In this document: piece after piece, positions 8,634 through 18,724 of the stretch
How positions within the stretch are numbered: the first letter of the stretch is position 1
How the letters are laid out: each line of letters starts with the position of its first letter
Assembly (NCBI GenBank): GCA_050949565.1
Contig: JBMNFY010000017.1
Coordinates: 192,001 to 256,000, forward strand
Reading direction: 5' to 3'
Origin: Kiritimatiellia bacterium
GTDB lineage: Bacteria > Verrucomicrobiota > Kiritimatiellia > RFP12 > UBA1067
Length of the DNA: 64,000 nucleotides
The notes under the pieces: model-generated
What the model saw: only the letters and a program-made list of their open reading frames with translations
Databases searched by the model: none
Told to the model about the DNA's origin: nothing
Position numbers and translations under genes: made by a program

Positions 8634-9746
8634 CTACAGCCCGCCCATGATCAGGCTGGCGAAGGCGCTGATCGGCGTCGTGTCGCGGAAATTGTCGACG
8701 GTCTGGCGAACGTCCTTGATCAGCCCTTGGACATCGGTGTAAAGCTCATCCTCTTTCGAGAGCTTGCCGAGCGTGCCCTCGCCTTGGACCAGCCGGTCGG
8801 TCACCTCTTTCAGGTTGGCGACCGTCGCCTGCAAGTCGTTGTAAACCGCGTTGTCGTCTTTAAGTAGCTTGGCCAGCGAACCTTCGCCGCTCTCCAGACG
8901 CTCCGAGACCTTTTTCAGATTTTCTACAGCCACCTGAAGGTCGGCATAGATCGTATCGTCTGAGGAGAGCAACCGACCGAGCGTGCCTTCGCCTTTTTCA
9001 AGCCGATCGGAGATGGATTTCAAATTCGCGATCGAGGCGCTAAGATTGGTGTAAACGTTGCCGTCGTCGTTAAGCAGACGCCCCAGCGAATTTTCGCCGG
9101 TGTCGACCTTGACCGCCACGGAACGCAGGCTTGCGACCGCGTTTGACAGATCGTTGTAAAGCGTCATGTCGTCGGAAAACAGTTTTCCAAGCGTACCTTC
9201 ACCCCGCTCGACACGCTCGACCGCAACCTTGATCGAAACGACCGCCGCATCCAGATTGGTCAAAATGTTTTTAATGTGGTTCCCTTCGGTCGCATCACGC
9301 AGGTTGGCCACGATCTCGCCCAGGTCGCGCATCCAGTCGGTCGGAGTCTCGCCTCGCAGGTCGGTTCCGGGCGGCACCTCGTCGCCCGTGCCCTCTTCGA
9401 TCAGCAGATAGTTGCCGCCCAGCAACGAGCCGCTGTTCACCGTGATACGGTAGCCTTCCCTAAAGCGTACATCGCCCTGGATCATCATCGTGACCCGTAC
9501 GCCGCTGTTTTCCAGGTCTAGTTCACTCACCGATCCGATCGTCATACCGCGCAAGACCACCGAGTCGCGCACCTTCAGTCCACCGACATCATGAAACAGC
9601 ACGGTGACCGGCACCTTGCTCTTACCGCCCAGAACATCGATCCCCGAAATGATGATCGTGAAATAGACCAGCAAGCCCAGCACAGCGACCATGAACAGGC
9701 CGACGATTACTTCGGAAAAAACCTCTCTATTCTTCTTCAGACTCAT
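8634..9746 (-). CDS. mlaD: MCE/MlaD family lipid-transport protein with long helical repeat tail
   Basis: N-terminal TM, F.DVGGLKVRDSVVLRGMTIGSV, SLLGGNYL; five GEG[T/S]LG[K/R]L..DD..Y.DL-like repeats. Confidence 0.85.
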   Translation of the reverse strand: MSLKKNREVFSEVIVGLFMVAVLGLLVYFTIIISGIDVLGGKSKVPVTVLFHDVGGLKVRDSVVLRGMTIGSVSELDLENSGVRVTMMIQGDVRFREGYRITVNSGSLLGGNYLLIEEGTGDEVPPGTDLRGETPTDWMRDLGEIVANLRDATEGNHIKNILTNLDAAVVSIKVAVERVERGEGTLGKLFSDDMTLYNDLSNAVASLRSVAVKVDTGENSLGRLLNDDGNVYTNLSASIANLKSISDRLEKGEGTLGRLLSSDDTIYADLQVAVENLKKVSERLESGEGSLAKLLKDDNAVYNDLQATVANLKEVTDRLVQGEGTLGKLSKEDELYTDVQGLIKDVRQTVDNFRDTTPISAFASLIMGGL

Positions 9747-9795
9747 ACGTCTCCCCTCTTCCATTCACTAGCCGCGATATGCATTAACTCCGCGT

Positions 9796-10548
9796 TCAAA
9801 ATCCCTCTAATCCCTTTTTTGAAATGAACTGGGCGTCCAAAAACTTACGGACATCCGGTTGATCCGTGGCGACAAACGTTTTAGGCGGGCTGACCTCCAC
9901 GAATCGTCCGCCCGTCAACATCGCGATGCGATCGGCGATCAGCAACGCCCCTTGCAGGTCGTGCGTCACCACCACGCTGGTGATGCCCAATTCTTCGTTT
10001 AGGCGGCGAATCAACTGGTCGATCGTGCGCGCGGTGACGGGATCAAGGCCCGAGGTCGGTTCATCATAGAGCACGATCTCCGGCTCACGAATAATCGCGC
10101 GCGCCAGCCCGGCTCGCTTTTGCATACCGCCGGAAATCTCGCTGGGATACTTGTCGCCGTCTTGCTCCATGCCCACCGCGCTCAACACCTGCATCACGCG
10201 CTCTTCGATCTCATCCTCGGTCATACGCGTCCGTTCGCGTAGCGGCAAGGCGATGTTCTCCGCGACCGTCATCCAGCCCAGTAGCGCGCCGCCTTGGAAC
10301 AGGTAGCCGAAGCGTTCGCGCGCACGCGCCAGTTCGTCGCCGTTCACCGCGCTCATCTCGACATCGCCGACCCACACCGCGCCGCTCGTGGGCGTGAGCA
10401 ACCGCACCATGTGCTTGAGCGTCACGCTCTTACCGGTTCCGGATGGACCGACAATCGCGAAGATCTCGCCCTTATTGATGTCGCAGGAGAGATCATCTAG
10501 GACGTTACGTCCGCCCAATTGCTTGGTGACATGGTCAAAACGAATCAT
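9796..10548 (-). CDS. mlaF: MlaF/Ttg2A-type ABC transporter ATP-binding protein
   Basis: Walker A GPSGTGKS, FQGGAL, ISGGMQKRAGLARA, YDEPTSGLDP, VTHD. Confidence 0.9.
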   Translation of the reverse strand: MIRFDHVTKQLGGRNVLDDLSCDINKGEIFAIVGPSGTGKSVTLKHMVRLLTPTSGAVWVGDVEMSAVNGDELARARERFGYLFQGGALLGWMTVAENIALPLRERTRMTEDEIEERVMQVLSAVGMEQDGDKYPSEISGGMQKRAGLARAIIREPEIVLYDEPTSGLDPVTARTIDQLIRRLNEELGITSVVVTHDLQGALLIADRIAMLTGGRFVEVSPPKTFVATDQPDVRKFLDAQFISKKGLEGF

Positions 10549-11363
10549 AGGTCATAAAACATACGCGTAATAATATACCCGACAACCAAAACCAACAGGA
10601 AGGAGGTGATAACCGAACGCCGCGTAGCCTGGCCCACCCCTACCGCGCCCTGCCGCGTGGTGAACCCCTCGTAACAGGAGACGCCCGTGATGATGATCCC
10701 GAAAACCATGGCTTTGAACAGCCCGACATAGAGATCGCGCATCCGCGCAAAGTCCATGGCCATCGTCATGTACTTATCCCACGCCACATTAAGCTGGGTC
10801 AGCCCGACGATCCCGCCGCCAATCACGCCCAGGACGCAGGTATAAAAAGAGAGCAATGGTGTCATGACAACCATCGCCGCCATACGCGGCGTCATCAGAA
10901 AACGCACTGGATCGATCGACATGATCTCCAGCGCCGCGATCTCGTCATTGACCGTCATGGTGCCGATCTGCGCGGCCATCGAAGAGCCGACACAAGCGGC
11001 AAGGATCAGCGCCGACATGAACGGCCCCATTTCGCGCAGCATCGAGACCATGACCGCCGGGCCGATATAAATCTCTTGATTGAACCGACGCAGTTCCAGC
11101 CCCACCTGCAACCCGAGGATCATACCGGTAAACATGCCCACTACCGAGATGATAGGCAGACTCTTGATACCCATCTGGTACATCTGGCGCACCCACTCGC
11201 GACGTTGGCGACGGGAAAAGAGCATGGCCGGTATGCCCGCCAGCGCCTGCATCGTGAGCACACCCAAGCGGCCGACGTCCGCCAGACCCATCAACACCAT
11301 GCGCCACAGGCCCTCCCACGCCGTCGCCGGTGCATCCGTATAGACCGGTTCACGTGTGATCAC
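10545..11363 (-). CDS. mlaE: MlaE family ABC permease
   Basis: GIKSLPI, REMGP, GSSMAAQIGTM...EIAALEIMSIDPVRFL..PR, GAVGVGQAT. Start placed at GTG 11363 (uncertain). Confidence 0.9.
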   Translation of the reverse strand: MITREPVYTDAPATAWEGLWRMVLMGLADVGRLGVLTMQALAGIPAMLFSRRQRREWVRQMYQMGIKSLPIISVVGMFTGMILGLQVGLELRRFNQEIYIGPAVMVSMLREMGPFMSALILAACVGSSMAAQIGTMTVNDEIAALEIMSIDPVRFLMTPRMAAMVVMTPLLSFYTCVLGVIGGGIVGLTQLNVAWDKYMTMAMDFARMRDLYVGLFKAMVFGIIITGVSCYEGFTTRQGAVGVGQATRRSVITSFLLVLVVGYIITRMFYDL

Positions 11364-11464
11364 CGCTCGCCCCCTATGTGATTCTCTATTGTCATGAAAC
11401 CCTGCGCAGGCCCTTTTTGTGGAGTGAAATATAACAGAGATCGCGGGGGGGAGCAAGACGGGCT

Positions 11465-11632
11465 GGTTTCTGGTTCCAAGGTTTCAAGGTTCCATGGTTT
11501 CATGGTTTCATCCAAATCGGCATCGTATCGGGATCGAAATCGACCGTCGTACCCACGCAGTGGCTCGTAACGGCGAGTGTAAAGGCGGGGCGGTGATTCC
11601 GATCCCGATCCTGATGGCGATAGCGATGGCAC
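11465..11632. repeat. Mosaic repeat island (8-mer and 6-mer arrays plus partial CCACGCAGTGG module)
   Basis: ggttccaa/ggtttcaa/ggttccat/ggtttcat octamers; atcggc atcgt atcggg atcgaa; ccacgcagtggctcgtaacggcgagtgtaaa; gattcc gatccc gatcct gatggc gatagc gatggc. Confidence 0.7.
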
Positions 11633-11734
11633 CGCAACGGAACCCTGAAACGCATGATCCTCGCCCATCCCTGTCACTAACCGATTACCTGTGCTACAAT
11701 ACCGACCATCAGTCATCAGTAAAGGAGGTCCCAT

Positions 11735-12568
11735 ATGCCTGAGTTGCCTGAAGTCGAGACGGTTGTGCGCGATCTGCGCGCGCATGGTCTGCCGGGTTCC
11801 GTAATCCGGAGCGTCGCCGTGCGCTGGCCGCGCACCATCGCCGAGTTGCCGCCCGACGCTTTTTGCCGCGCGCTGGCCGGAAAAACTATCACCGATGTCT
11901 CGCGCCGCGCTAAATTCATCGTCGTGAATCTTGATTCCGGCGACCGCCTGTTGATCCACCTGCGCATGACCGGCAAACTGCGATTCGCGGCGCCCGGCGA
12001 ACGCCCGGGACCGCACGACCATGTGAGCCTCCATCTGACCGACGGACGGGAACTCATCTTCAATGACACGCGGAAATTCGGGCGCTTCCGGCTGACGCAA
12101 CCCGGCGACGATCCGTTCGCCGCGCTCGGTCCGGAACCGCTGGAAGCGGACTTCACGCCGACGCTATTCAAGCAGCGCCTGAAAGGCAAGACGCGCCAGA
12201 TCAAGCCGCTGCTACTCGATCAGACCACGGTGGCGGGGCTGGGCAATATCTACGTGGACGAAGCACTATGGCAGGCGCGCATCCATCCAGAACGCCGCGC
12301 CGACACCCTCACCGCCGCCGAAATCCGTCGCCTGCACGCGGCGATACGCACGGTCTTGCAACGCGCGATCGACAACGCCGGCACCACGCTCGGCAGCGGC
12401 GAGGCGAACTTCTACAGCGTCGCCGGACGTCGCGGTCGCAACGCCGACGCGCTCAAGGTCTTTCGCCGCGACGGCATGCCCTGTCCGCGCTGCGGCACCG
12501 TGATCGACCGCATTGTCGTTGCCCAGCGCGGCACACATTTCTGTCCGCGCTGTCAAAAGTGCCCCTAG
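11735..12568 (+). CDS. mutM: Formamidopyrimidine-DNA glycosylase / AP lyase
   Basis: MPELPEVETV, HLRMTG, DTRKFG, GLGNIYVDEAL, C-terminal zinc finger CPRC...FCPRCQ. RBS AGGAGG. Confidence 0.97.
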   Translation: MPELPEVETVVRDLRAHGLPGSVIRSVAVRWPRTIAELPPDAFCRALAGKTITDVSRRAKFIVVNLDSGDRLLIHLRMTGKLRFAAPGERPGPHDHVSLHLTDGRELIFNDTRKFGRFRLTQPGDDPFAALGPEPLEADFTPTLFKQRLKGKTRQIKPLLLDQTTVAGLGNIYVDEALWQARIHPERRADTLTAAEIRRLHAAIRTVLQRAIDNAGTTLGSGEANFYSVAGRRGRNADALKVFRRDGMPCPRCGTVIDRIVVAQRGTHFCPRCQKCP

Positions 12569-14214
12569 TGGATCACAAAAGGCACGCACTGCGTGACAGC
12601 CAGCGGTTTTCGCTTGGCATCGTCTTGCTTGATGCAACCCAACACGAGCACCCCGGTGGCACCGGGCTTCAACACGGCGGGATCGCATTTCAAAAGAACG
12701 GCGGCACGCTCCTGCTTGTTGGTGCGCTGCACGCCCTCCACGGTAAAACCGCGCGGCGGATAGATCACTACCGGCTCGTAAAGTCCACCCAGATGCGTGG
12801 CCAGGCTGGAACTGAACAGCGTCAAGCGGAGCGCTTCCGCAGACGGCACGACCAGCGGCTTTTTCGGTGCTATGTTGATCCGCAACGGATTCAGTCCGGC
12901 ATTTGACCGCGCCATCGGTTCGGCAAAGACCTGTTCATGCTCGGCATCCGTAACGCGGTACCGGCGGACCGGCAACACCGCCCTTTTCACCGTTTGTCCG
13001 CCCACCTCGGCCGTGGCCGTCAGCGCCAGCCCAAAGACAACACGCGGAAAGCGCACCCCATCGGTAGAGACCGTGAGCACACCCTCGGTCGCATCGGCAG
13101 GAATCACACCGCCTTCACTCGCGATGCTGAGCGGCGGAAAATCGAGCGCGACACGGACCTCGCCCGCAAACCCATTGATTCTCTGCACATGCAGTTTTAC
13201 CAGCGTGCTACCGTCCGCCGGGATATTCAGCGAAGCGGGTGTCATCGTCACCCTGAAATCAGGCGCGGCGGACTCGGCATCCAGCGCGAACCGAAGGCCC
13301 GGCACAACGCAGGCGCCCTCAGTGATCGTTTGCAGACAGAGCGCGCTATTCTTACCGCCGGTGAAGAGGCGGACTCTTTTGCGTGGCAGATTGACTCCCT
13401 CCAAACGGACATTCAGGCTCTCACCCTCAGCCGCGCGCACCGGCGTAAAGCTCGTAATCAGCGGCAACTCCCCTACCCGAATCCGGTAGACACAGTCGTC
13501 GCCCGACCGCGTCGGCACGGCGGAACTCACCGCCAGCGTATACGTGCCGTCTTGCGGCACCTCGAACACGGCAACCGGCGCACGGTCAGCCGCATACACG
13601 GAAACACCTTCGCAAGGCTTGCCTGCCGCATCGCAAAACGTCAGGGACGGCAAGAAGCCCGTCGGCGGCAATGTCTCCGGCTGCGTCACAGCAACGATCA
13701 CCATGCCTTGCCGCGCTTCAAACCGATACCGGTCCGCCGCTTCGTGTGCCACCCGGCCATTCACACAGACCGGAAAAGACGACAATGTGTACTCACCGGC
13801 TTCTGTCCGATTCGTGGTCGGCTCGCTCACCTCCGGCAGTTCCGCCTGAATCTCGAACCCGACCGGCTCACTCAACCGATAGGGCGCACTGGCGCACAGG
13901 GCGCGCACACCCAGCGCGGCGTCCTTGTCAACCACCACCCTAAAGCGCAAACGGTTCGGCACCACGGTTGAAACGGGACGCCCCTTCTTGTTCAGCGTCT
14001 CCGTTCTGACCGGGCCGAGAAAAGTCAGTTTGACTCCTTCACCACTGGCGACCGCTTGATTGACATTCGCCAACGAACTGCCGCCGATCTCGATCTCGCA
14101 TTCGCTCCCCCGCGCAACGCCCGCCGGATAGACATATTCAAGCGTCGGAGCCCCGAACGAGCACCAGACCATGCACCCGATCATCCCTCCGACCAGCCTC
14201 TGCCATCGCATCAT
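12565..14214 (-). CDS. Secreted protein with PPC (pre-peptidase C-terminal)-like beta domains, Planctomycete-type
   Basis: Signal peptide, YVYPAGVARG, LPEVSEP, PVCVNGRV...DRYRF, YRIRVGELP, PDFRV...P.SLNIP. No catalytic motif recognised. Confidence 0.6.
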   Translation of the reverse strand: MMRWQRLVGGMIGCMVWCSFGAPTLEYVYPAGVARGSECEIEIGGSSLANVNQAVASGEGVKLTFLGPVRTETLNKKGRPVSTVVPNRLRFRVVVDKDAALGVRALCASAPYRLSEPVGFEIQAELPEVSEPTTNRTEAGEYTLSSFPVCVNGRVAHEAADRYRFEARQGMVIVAVTQPETLPPTGFLPSLTFCDAAGKPCEGVSVYAADRAPVAVFEVPQDGTYTLAVSSAVPTRSGDDCVYRIRVGELPLITSFTPVRAAEGESLNVRLEGVNLPRKRVRLFTGGKNSALCLQTITEGACVVPGLRFALDAESAAPDFRVTMTPASLNIPADGSTLVKLHVQRINGFAGEVRVALDFPPLSIASEGGVIPADATEGVLTVSTDGVRFPRVVFGLALTATAEVGGQTVKRAVLPVRRYRVTDAEHEQVFAEPMARSNAGLNPLRINIAPKKPLVVPSAEALRLTLFSSSLATHLGGLYEPVVIYPPRGFTVEGVQRTNKQERAAVLLKCDPAVLKPGATGVLVLGCIKQDDAKRKPLAVTQCVPFVIH

Positions 14215-14265
14215 GCGAAATCCCCCTATCACGGGCAAAACACGCAACCCAAGTTAACGCACGAA

Positions 14266-17136
14266 TTAACTGCCAATCTTACCACTCCACGTGAACTTGC
14301 CGGAAGCCTGCTCGCGCGTCTCCCCATTCGGCAGGATGACGGTCGCGGAGGTGTTCGCGGGTATTTCCGCCCGGAAGTGCCAAGTGCCGTTTTTGTTGAA
14401 CTCCCAAGAACTTTTGATCGCCCCGTACGGTGACTCGTAGGTTGCGTTTACGTTGCCGATACGCTTGTCCGGGATCGGTGCCAGAATGAAGTGCTTCCAA
14501 CCGGGGGACTTCGGATCGAGCCGGATTCCGGCCATAGTGCCGTACATCCAATCGAGCACAGCCCCGTAGGCGTAGTGGTTGAAGCTGTTCATGCCCGCCC
14601 GGCCGAAACCATCCGCCTTCGTGTAGGAGTTCCAGCGCTCCCAGATCGTGGTGGCACCCTGCTCGACCGAGTAGAGCCAGCTCGGATTCTTGCGCTGGAG
14701 CATGAGCGTGTACGCCGTTTCTGGCGATACGGCATCGTAGGTCAAGGTGTCCATGATGATGGAAGTGCCCAAGAAACCGGTCTGCAGGCAGCCCCCGTGA
14801 TCCGCGATGTTCTTCAGCAGCCCCGCGCGCGTCTTGTCGGCGGCCGCGCCTTCTACGAGTCCGAACTTGAGCGCGAACAGCGCCGGTGTCTGCATGTCGC
14901 GGAAGCACTGTTTGATCATGCCGTCCTTCTCAAAGAAGTCGCTCTTGAGATACGCGACGGTGTCTTTCACGATCGCGCGGTACTTCGTCGCAGCTTCGGT
15001 CTTGCCCAAAGCTTCGGACATCGCGGCCATCATCTGCGCGTCCCAAAGCAGATAGCAACCGCCCAGATAGTGCCAATAGTCCAACGCTTCCTTGCGCGGC
15101 GCTCTCTTGCCGTCCGCGCCCGTCTCGTAAGCGGGTATCTGGTTCGGGTTGGCGCCGCCGCCGGCGGATTCATAGTTTTCGTACGAAAGCCAATCCGCCC
15201 ACTGGTGGCCATTGGCGACCGGCGAGTTGAACCGGTTCTTCGCCGTCAACGCCATGTACTTCTCCATCGACTCGAAGTTGTCCGCGACAATGGAGAGGTC
15301 GCCGTAGCGCTGCCACATGGTGTACGGGATGATGATACCGGCATCGGCCCAACCGAGCTGCTCCGCCAGATCACCGTATTGCGCTGTCGGCGCGACACCA
15401 GTGAAGGAACCGTTATCGTGCTGCGAGTCGCGCATGTCGCGCATGAACTTGTACAGGAAGCCGTAGACATCCGCGCTGCGGCTGGCCGCCGCACAGAACA
15501 CCTGCGTGTCCGCCGTCCAGCCGAGACGTTCGTCGCGTTGCGGGCAATCCGTCGGCACGGAAAGATAGTTCGAATACTGTCCCCAGAGGACATTCAAAAC
15601 CAGCCTGTTTACGTCCGCCACGTCGGTCTCAATCGAACCGCACTCCGACCACTTCGGGATCGAGGTCACCGGCACGGAGGCAATCGCCTTGAACACGACA
15701 TCGCCACTTGCGGTCACGGAAATGTAGCGATAGCCGAAGAACGTGAACTCTGGACGATAGGACTCCTCGCCATTACCGGCGAACGTGTATTTGACCTCTG
15801 CGCCGTGCTCCTGCAATTTACGGAGATTGCGACGGTAGACGCTTCCCTCCGGACCGTCGTTACCGCGCTTCTTGAGCCCGTTTTCGTCATTGAGCATCTC
15901 TGCAGGTTTCACGCTGAGTTCCGTCCCTGCTGCCGCCGAGAAGGTGAACTCTGGCACCGCAGCGGCGTTCTGACCGAAGTCGACGACAAGTGTTTCGCCC
16001 GCAGCGAGTTTCACTGTAGCGTTCGGCTCGTAACGGCGGAGAACCTTCACCTTGCCGTAAGCATCCTCCCCTGCGCCTTCGACCCCGCTCCACACGTAAG
16101 TCTCTTTGGGTGCCAGCCGGAGATCCTCGCGCAAGCCAATCGGCGCGCCTTCCATCGGCACGATCACGCCCCTGAATTCGTTGATGGTCTTGACCGGCTT
16201 GAACGCCGTGTCCACACCGGTCATCATCCAAGGCGTCTTCACCCGCGCGTCGTACGTTTCGCCGTCAAAGATGCCGGCGGCCTTCACCGGCCCCGCCACC
16301 GCGCCAGACCAGCTTGCATCTGTGCCGAAACGCGCCTTGGAACCGTCCGCGTAGCGCATGATCAACTGCGCACGGAACGCGGACTCCTTGCCGCGATAGT
16401 GGACAATCTTGTCGCGCCACCAGCCGGCAGAGACCATCGCCGAAAAGACGTTCACGCCATCCGCGCCCTTATCAAGCATGTCGGTGATGTCATAGGTGAA
16501 CGAGTGGCGCGTCTTGAAGACGTGGGTGAAGCCCGGCTTGAGCACGTCGGGCAACGGCTTGCCATTCACATACGCCTGGAACGCGCCCTGTCCCGTGACG
16601 GTCCAGTAGGCCTCCTTCACGGTCTTGCCGTTCGCGATTTTCTTGAAGAAGCACGAGGTCCCAGGCGCAGCGAAATGCGTCTTAGGCACGTTGTTGGAAG
16701 TAATGATCTCGCAACCCGGCACAGCGATCCAGTCCGAGCCGTTCCAGTCGTCCGCACGGATCAATCCCGTGATGAACGTCGCCGGTTTCGCTGTGTACGT
16801 CCGCCCTTTTTCATCCGTCACCTTAACCGTCCAGCGGTATTTCGTGGCGCTGTCCAGTGCGGGGCCGGAATAAGTAGCTGCGTGGGAATCGCCGGTTTCG
16901 ATCGTACCGGAATTCCAGACCTCGTTGCCGTCAGCCGTGCGGAGCGTGATCGCATACGCCTTCTGGCTGGCGCCCGCACGGCTGCTCTTCATTTGCCAAG
17001 AGAACACCGGCTTCACAATGTTCGACGGTTCGTGAAGCCGACATGTCCGCAACCCTTCCACCTGCACAGCGGGGCTCCAGAACCATCCCGCCGCCAGCAA
17101 CGCCACAGGAACAATCAACAGGTTTATTTTTTTCAT
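14266..17136 (-). CDS. Alpha-L-rhamnosidase, GH78
   Basis: DFGQN, FTFFGYRY, SVPTDCPQRDERLGWTAD, TGFLGT, GATTIWERWN, MNSFNHYAYG. Signal peptide present. Confidence 0.95.
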   Translation of the reverse strand: MKKINLLIVPVALLAAGWFWSPAVQVEGLRTCRLHEPSNIVKPVFSWQMKSSRAGASQKAYAITLRTADGNEVWNSGTIETGDSHAATYSGPALDSATKYRWTVKVTDEKGRTYTAKPATFITGLIRADDWNGSDWIAVPGCEIITSNNVPKTHFAAPGTSCFFKKIANGKTVKEAYWTVTGQGAFQAYVNGKPLPDVLKPGFTHVFKTRHSFTYDITDMLDKGADGVNVFSAMVSAGWWRDKIVHYRGKESAFRAQLIMRYADGSKARFGTDASWSGAVAGPVKAAGIFDGETYDARVKTPWMMTGVDTAFKPVKTINEFRGVIVPMEGAPIGLREDLRLAPKETYVWSGVEGAGEDAYGKVKVLRRYEPNATVKLAAGETLVVDFGQNAAAVPEFTFSAAAGTELSVKPAEMLNDENGLKKRGNDGPEGSVYRRNLRKLQEHGAEVKYTFAGNGEESYRPEFTFFGYRYISVTASGDVVFKAIASVPVTSIPKWSECGSIETDVADVNRLVLNVLWGQYSNYLSVPTDCPQRDERLGWTADTQVFCAAASRSADVYGFLYKFMRDMRDSQHDNGSFTGVAPTAQYGDLAEQLGWADAGIIIPYTMWQRYGDLSIVADNFESMEKYMALTAKNRFNSPVANGHQWADWLSYENYESAGGGANPNQIPAYETGADGKRAPRKEALDYWHYLGGCYLLWDAQMMAAMSEALGKTEAATKYRAIVKDTVAYLKSDFFEKDGMIKQCFRDMQTPALFALKFGLVEGAAADKTRAGLLKNIADHGGCLQTGFLGTSIIMDTLTYDAVSPETAYTLMLQRKNPSWLYSVEQGATTIWERWNSYTKADGFGRAGMNSFNHYAYGAVLDWMYGTMAGIRLDPKSPGWKHFILAPIPDKRIGNVNATYESPYGAIKSSWEFNKNGTWHFRAEIPANTSATVILPNGETREQASGKFTWSGKIGS

Positions 17137-17160
17137 TGTCCAATCCCTTTCTTTATCGAC

Positions 17161-18390
17161 TTACTTGACACGACCGGTGTAGGCATCGGCGCCGGATCTA
17201 TCGATCGCGTACTTGAAAAATTTCTCTTCCGCCGCTGCGCGCTCTTTGTCCCAAGGACGCGGCGAGCCGCAAAGCTGAACGGCCCACAGCTTCAGTTCCT
17301 TGCGATGCCAATTGACCATGCAGTTCGTGCCCCACGCGCCGCCATGCCCGAACCAAGAGTCCTCCTTGTCCTCCTCCGGCGCGGAGAGTCCGAGCGAATA
17401 GCCACCCATGCCCTGCGGACGCGTTGTCTTCGCGAGAATCTCCTTCACGGTCTCCTCCTTGAGGATCCGCACGCCGTTCTCGCCCACGCCGAGATTCATA
17501 AGCATCTTGTAGAACTTGAGCTGGTCGTTCGCGGTCGTCCAGAGTCCCGCGCCAGCCGACGCAAAGACGTTATCGCCGTTGTAGGGGCGCTGCTGCATAT
17601 CATTCTGCAGACGGTATTTCGCGGGGGCGTCCTTCACGCAGTCATACATCTCCACCTGCGTCTTAAGTTGCTTGTCGGTCGGCTTGATCGAGGTTGACGC
17701 CATGCCGAGCGGACCAAGAACGCGCTCCTTGAGGAAATCTTCCCAGCGCTGCTCGGTGATGACCTCAATGATCGCCGCGCCGATGTCGATACCGGTATTG
17801 GAATACTGCACCTTCGTGCCGGGCTCGAAGAGCAGCGGGCACGCCGCCGCAATCGCCGCAGTCTGACGCAACGGCGCACCGCCGGCCCAGCCGCCGCCTT
17901 TGATGTTGCCCTGTTTCGCGCAAATCTCGAACGGGAAGCCGCCGGTGTGGTTCATAACCATGCGCACGGTAAGCGCATTTTTCGCTTTGACCAACTTCTT
18001 AACGCCGTTGGTGTTGGATTCGAGAACCCAAAGCTCCTTAAATTCCGGCAGATATTTTGAAACGGGATCATCCAGCGAGAGCTTACCCTCCTCGACGAGG
18101 ATCGCGATCGTCACGCCGCAGAAGCCCTTCGTCTGCGAACACTGCATAAAAACGTCGTCCATCGTGATCAGCCGTTTCGCCGCGACATCCGCGTAGCCGA
18201 TACAGGTGGTTTCCTGCACGCCGTCCTTGTAAAAGACATTGATCGCGCCCGGGAGTTGTCCATTCTCAACAAAGGGAGCAAGCGCATCCCTCGCAAAAGT
18301 CGTCCCCGAATCTTTCGGCCCGTCACAGACCGTACAGCACCCCGAAATGATCGCCGCCCCGGCGATGAAAACCATCATCAATTTCTTCAT
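17161..18390 (-). CDS. Serine hydrolase, beta-lactamase class C/esterase family (probable lipoprotein)
   Basis: SxxK (CSQTK), LDDPVSKYLPEF, HTGG, YSN, FGHGGAWGT. Lipobox ISGC. Confidence 0.9.
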   Translation of the reverse strand: MKKLMMVFIAGAAIISGCCTVCDGPKDSGTTFARDALAPFVENGQLPGAINVFYKDGVQETTCIGYADVAAKRLITMDDVFMQCSQTKGFCGVTIAILVEEGKLSLDDPVSKYLPEFKELWVLESNTNGVKKLVKAKNALTVRMVMNHTGGFPFEICAKQGNIKGGGWAGGAPLRQTAAIAAACPLLFEPGTKVQYSNTGIDIGAAIIEVITEQRWEDFLKERVLGPLGMASTSIKPTDKQLKTQVEMYDCVKDAPAKYRLQNDMQQRPYNGDNVFASAGAGLWTTANDQLKFYKMLMNLGVGENGVRILKEETVKEILAKTTRPQGMGGYSLGLSAPEEDKEDSWFGHGGAWGTNCMVNWHRKELKLWAVQLCGSPRPWDKERAAAEEKFFKYAIDRSGADAYTGRVK

Positions 18391-18724
18391 ATTCAGCTAA
18401 CGCCTCCTTCTTCCACGAATGTGGATTGGGTTATGGTATGCTTTTTGGGAGAGAAATCAAGCGTAACCCTTCCTCCAGGAGCCCAATGACCAACGCCGCA
18501 GTAATCCATCGTTTTGTCTTGATAGTCTTCATTCTGCGTTTCTAGCGCGTAACAATTATAAACTTCCTGCCTCGAAACTCAAGACTAGGCGCGAATGAAC
18601 TTCATTCGCGCTTTACTCAAATCCCCCGCTCGGATATACTGCCCTTTGTACTCTGTTCCGTGTGTGGTTCAGGTTGCGAAGTGTACATGTGGTGTCCCGC
18701 TTTCAACGCAAAGGAGTCTCAATT

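Noticed and set aside
14491-17697. 1068-aa plus-strand ORF
   Set aside because: Antisense shadow of the GH78 and serine hydrolase genes, caused by high-GC codon bias; Arg/His-rich with no motifs.
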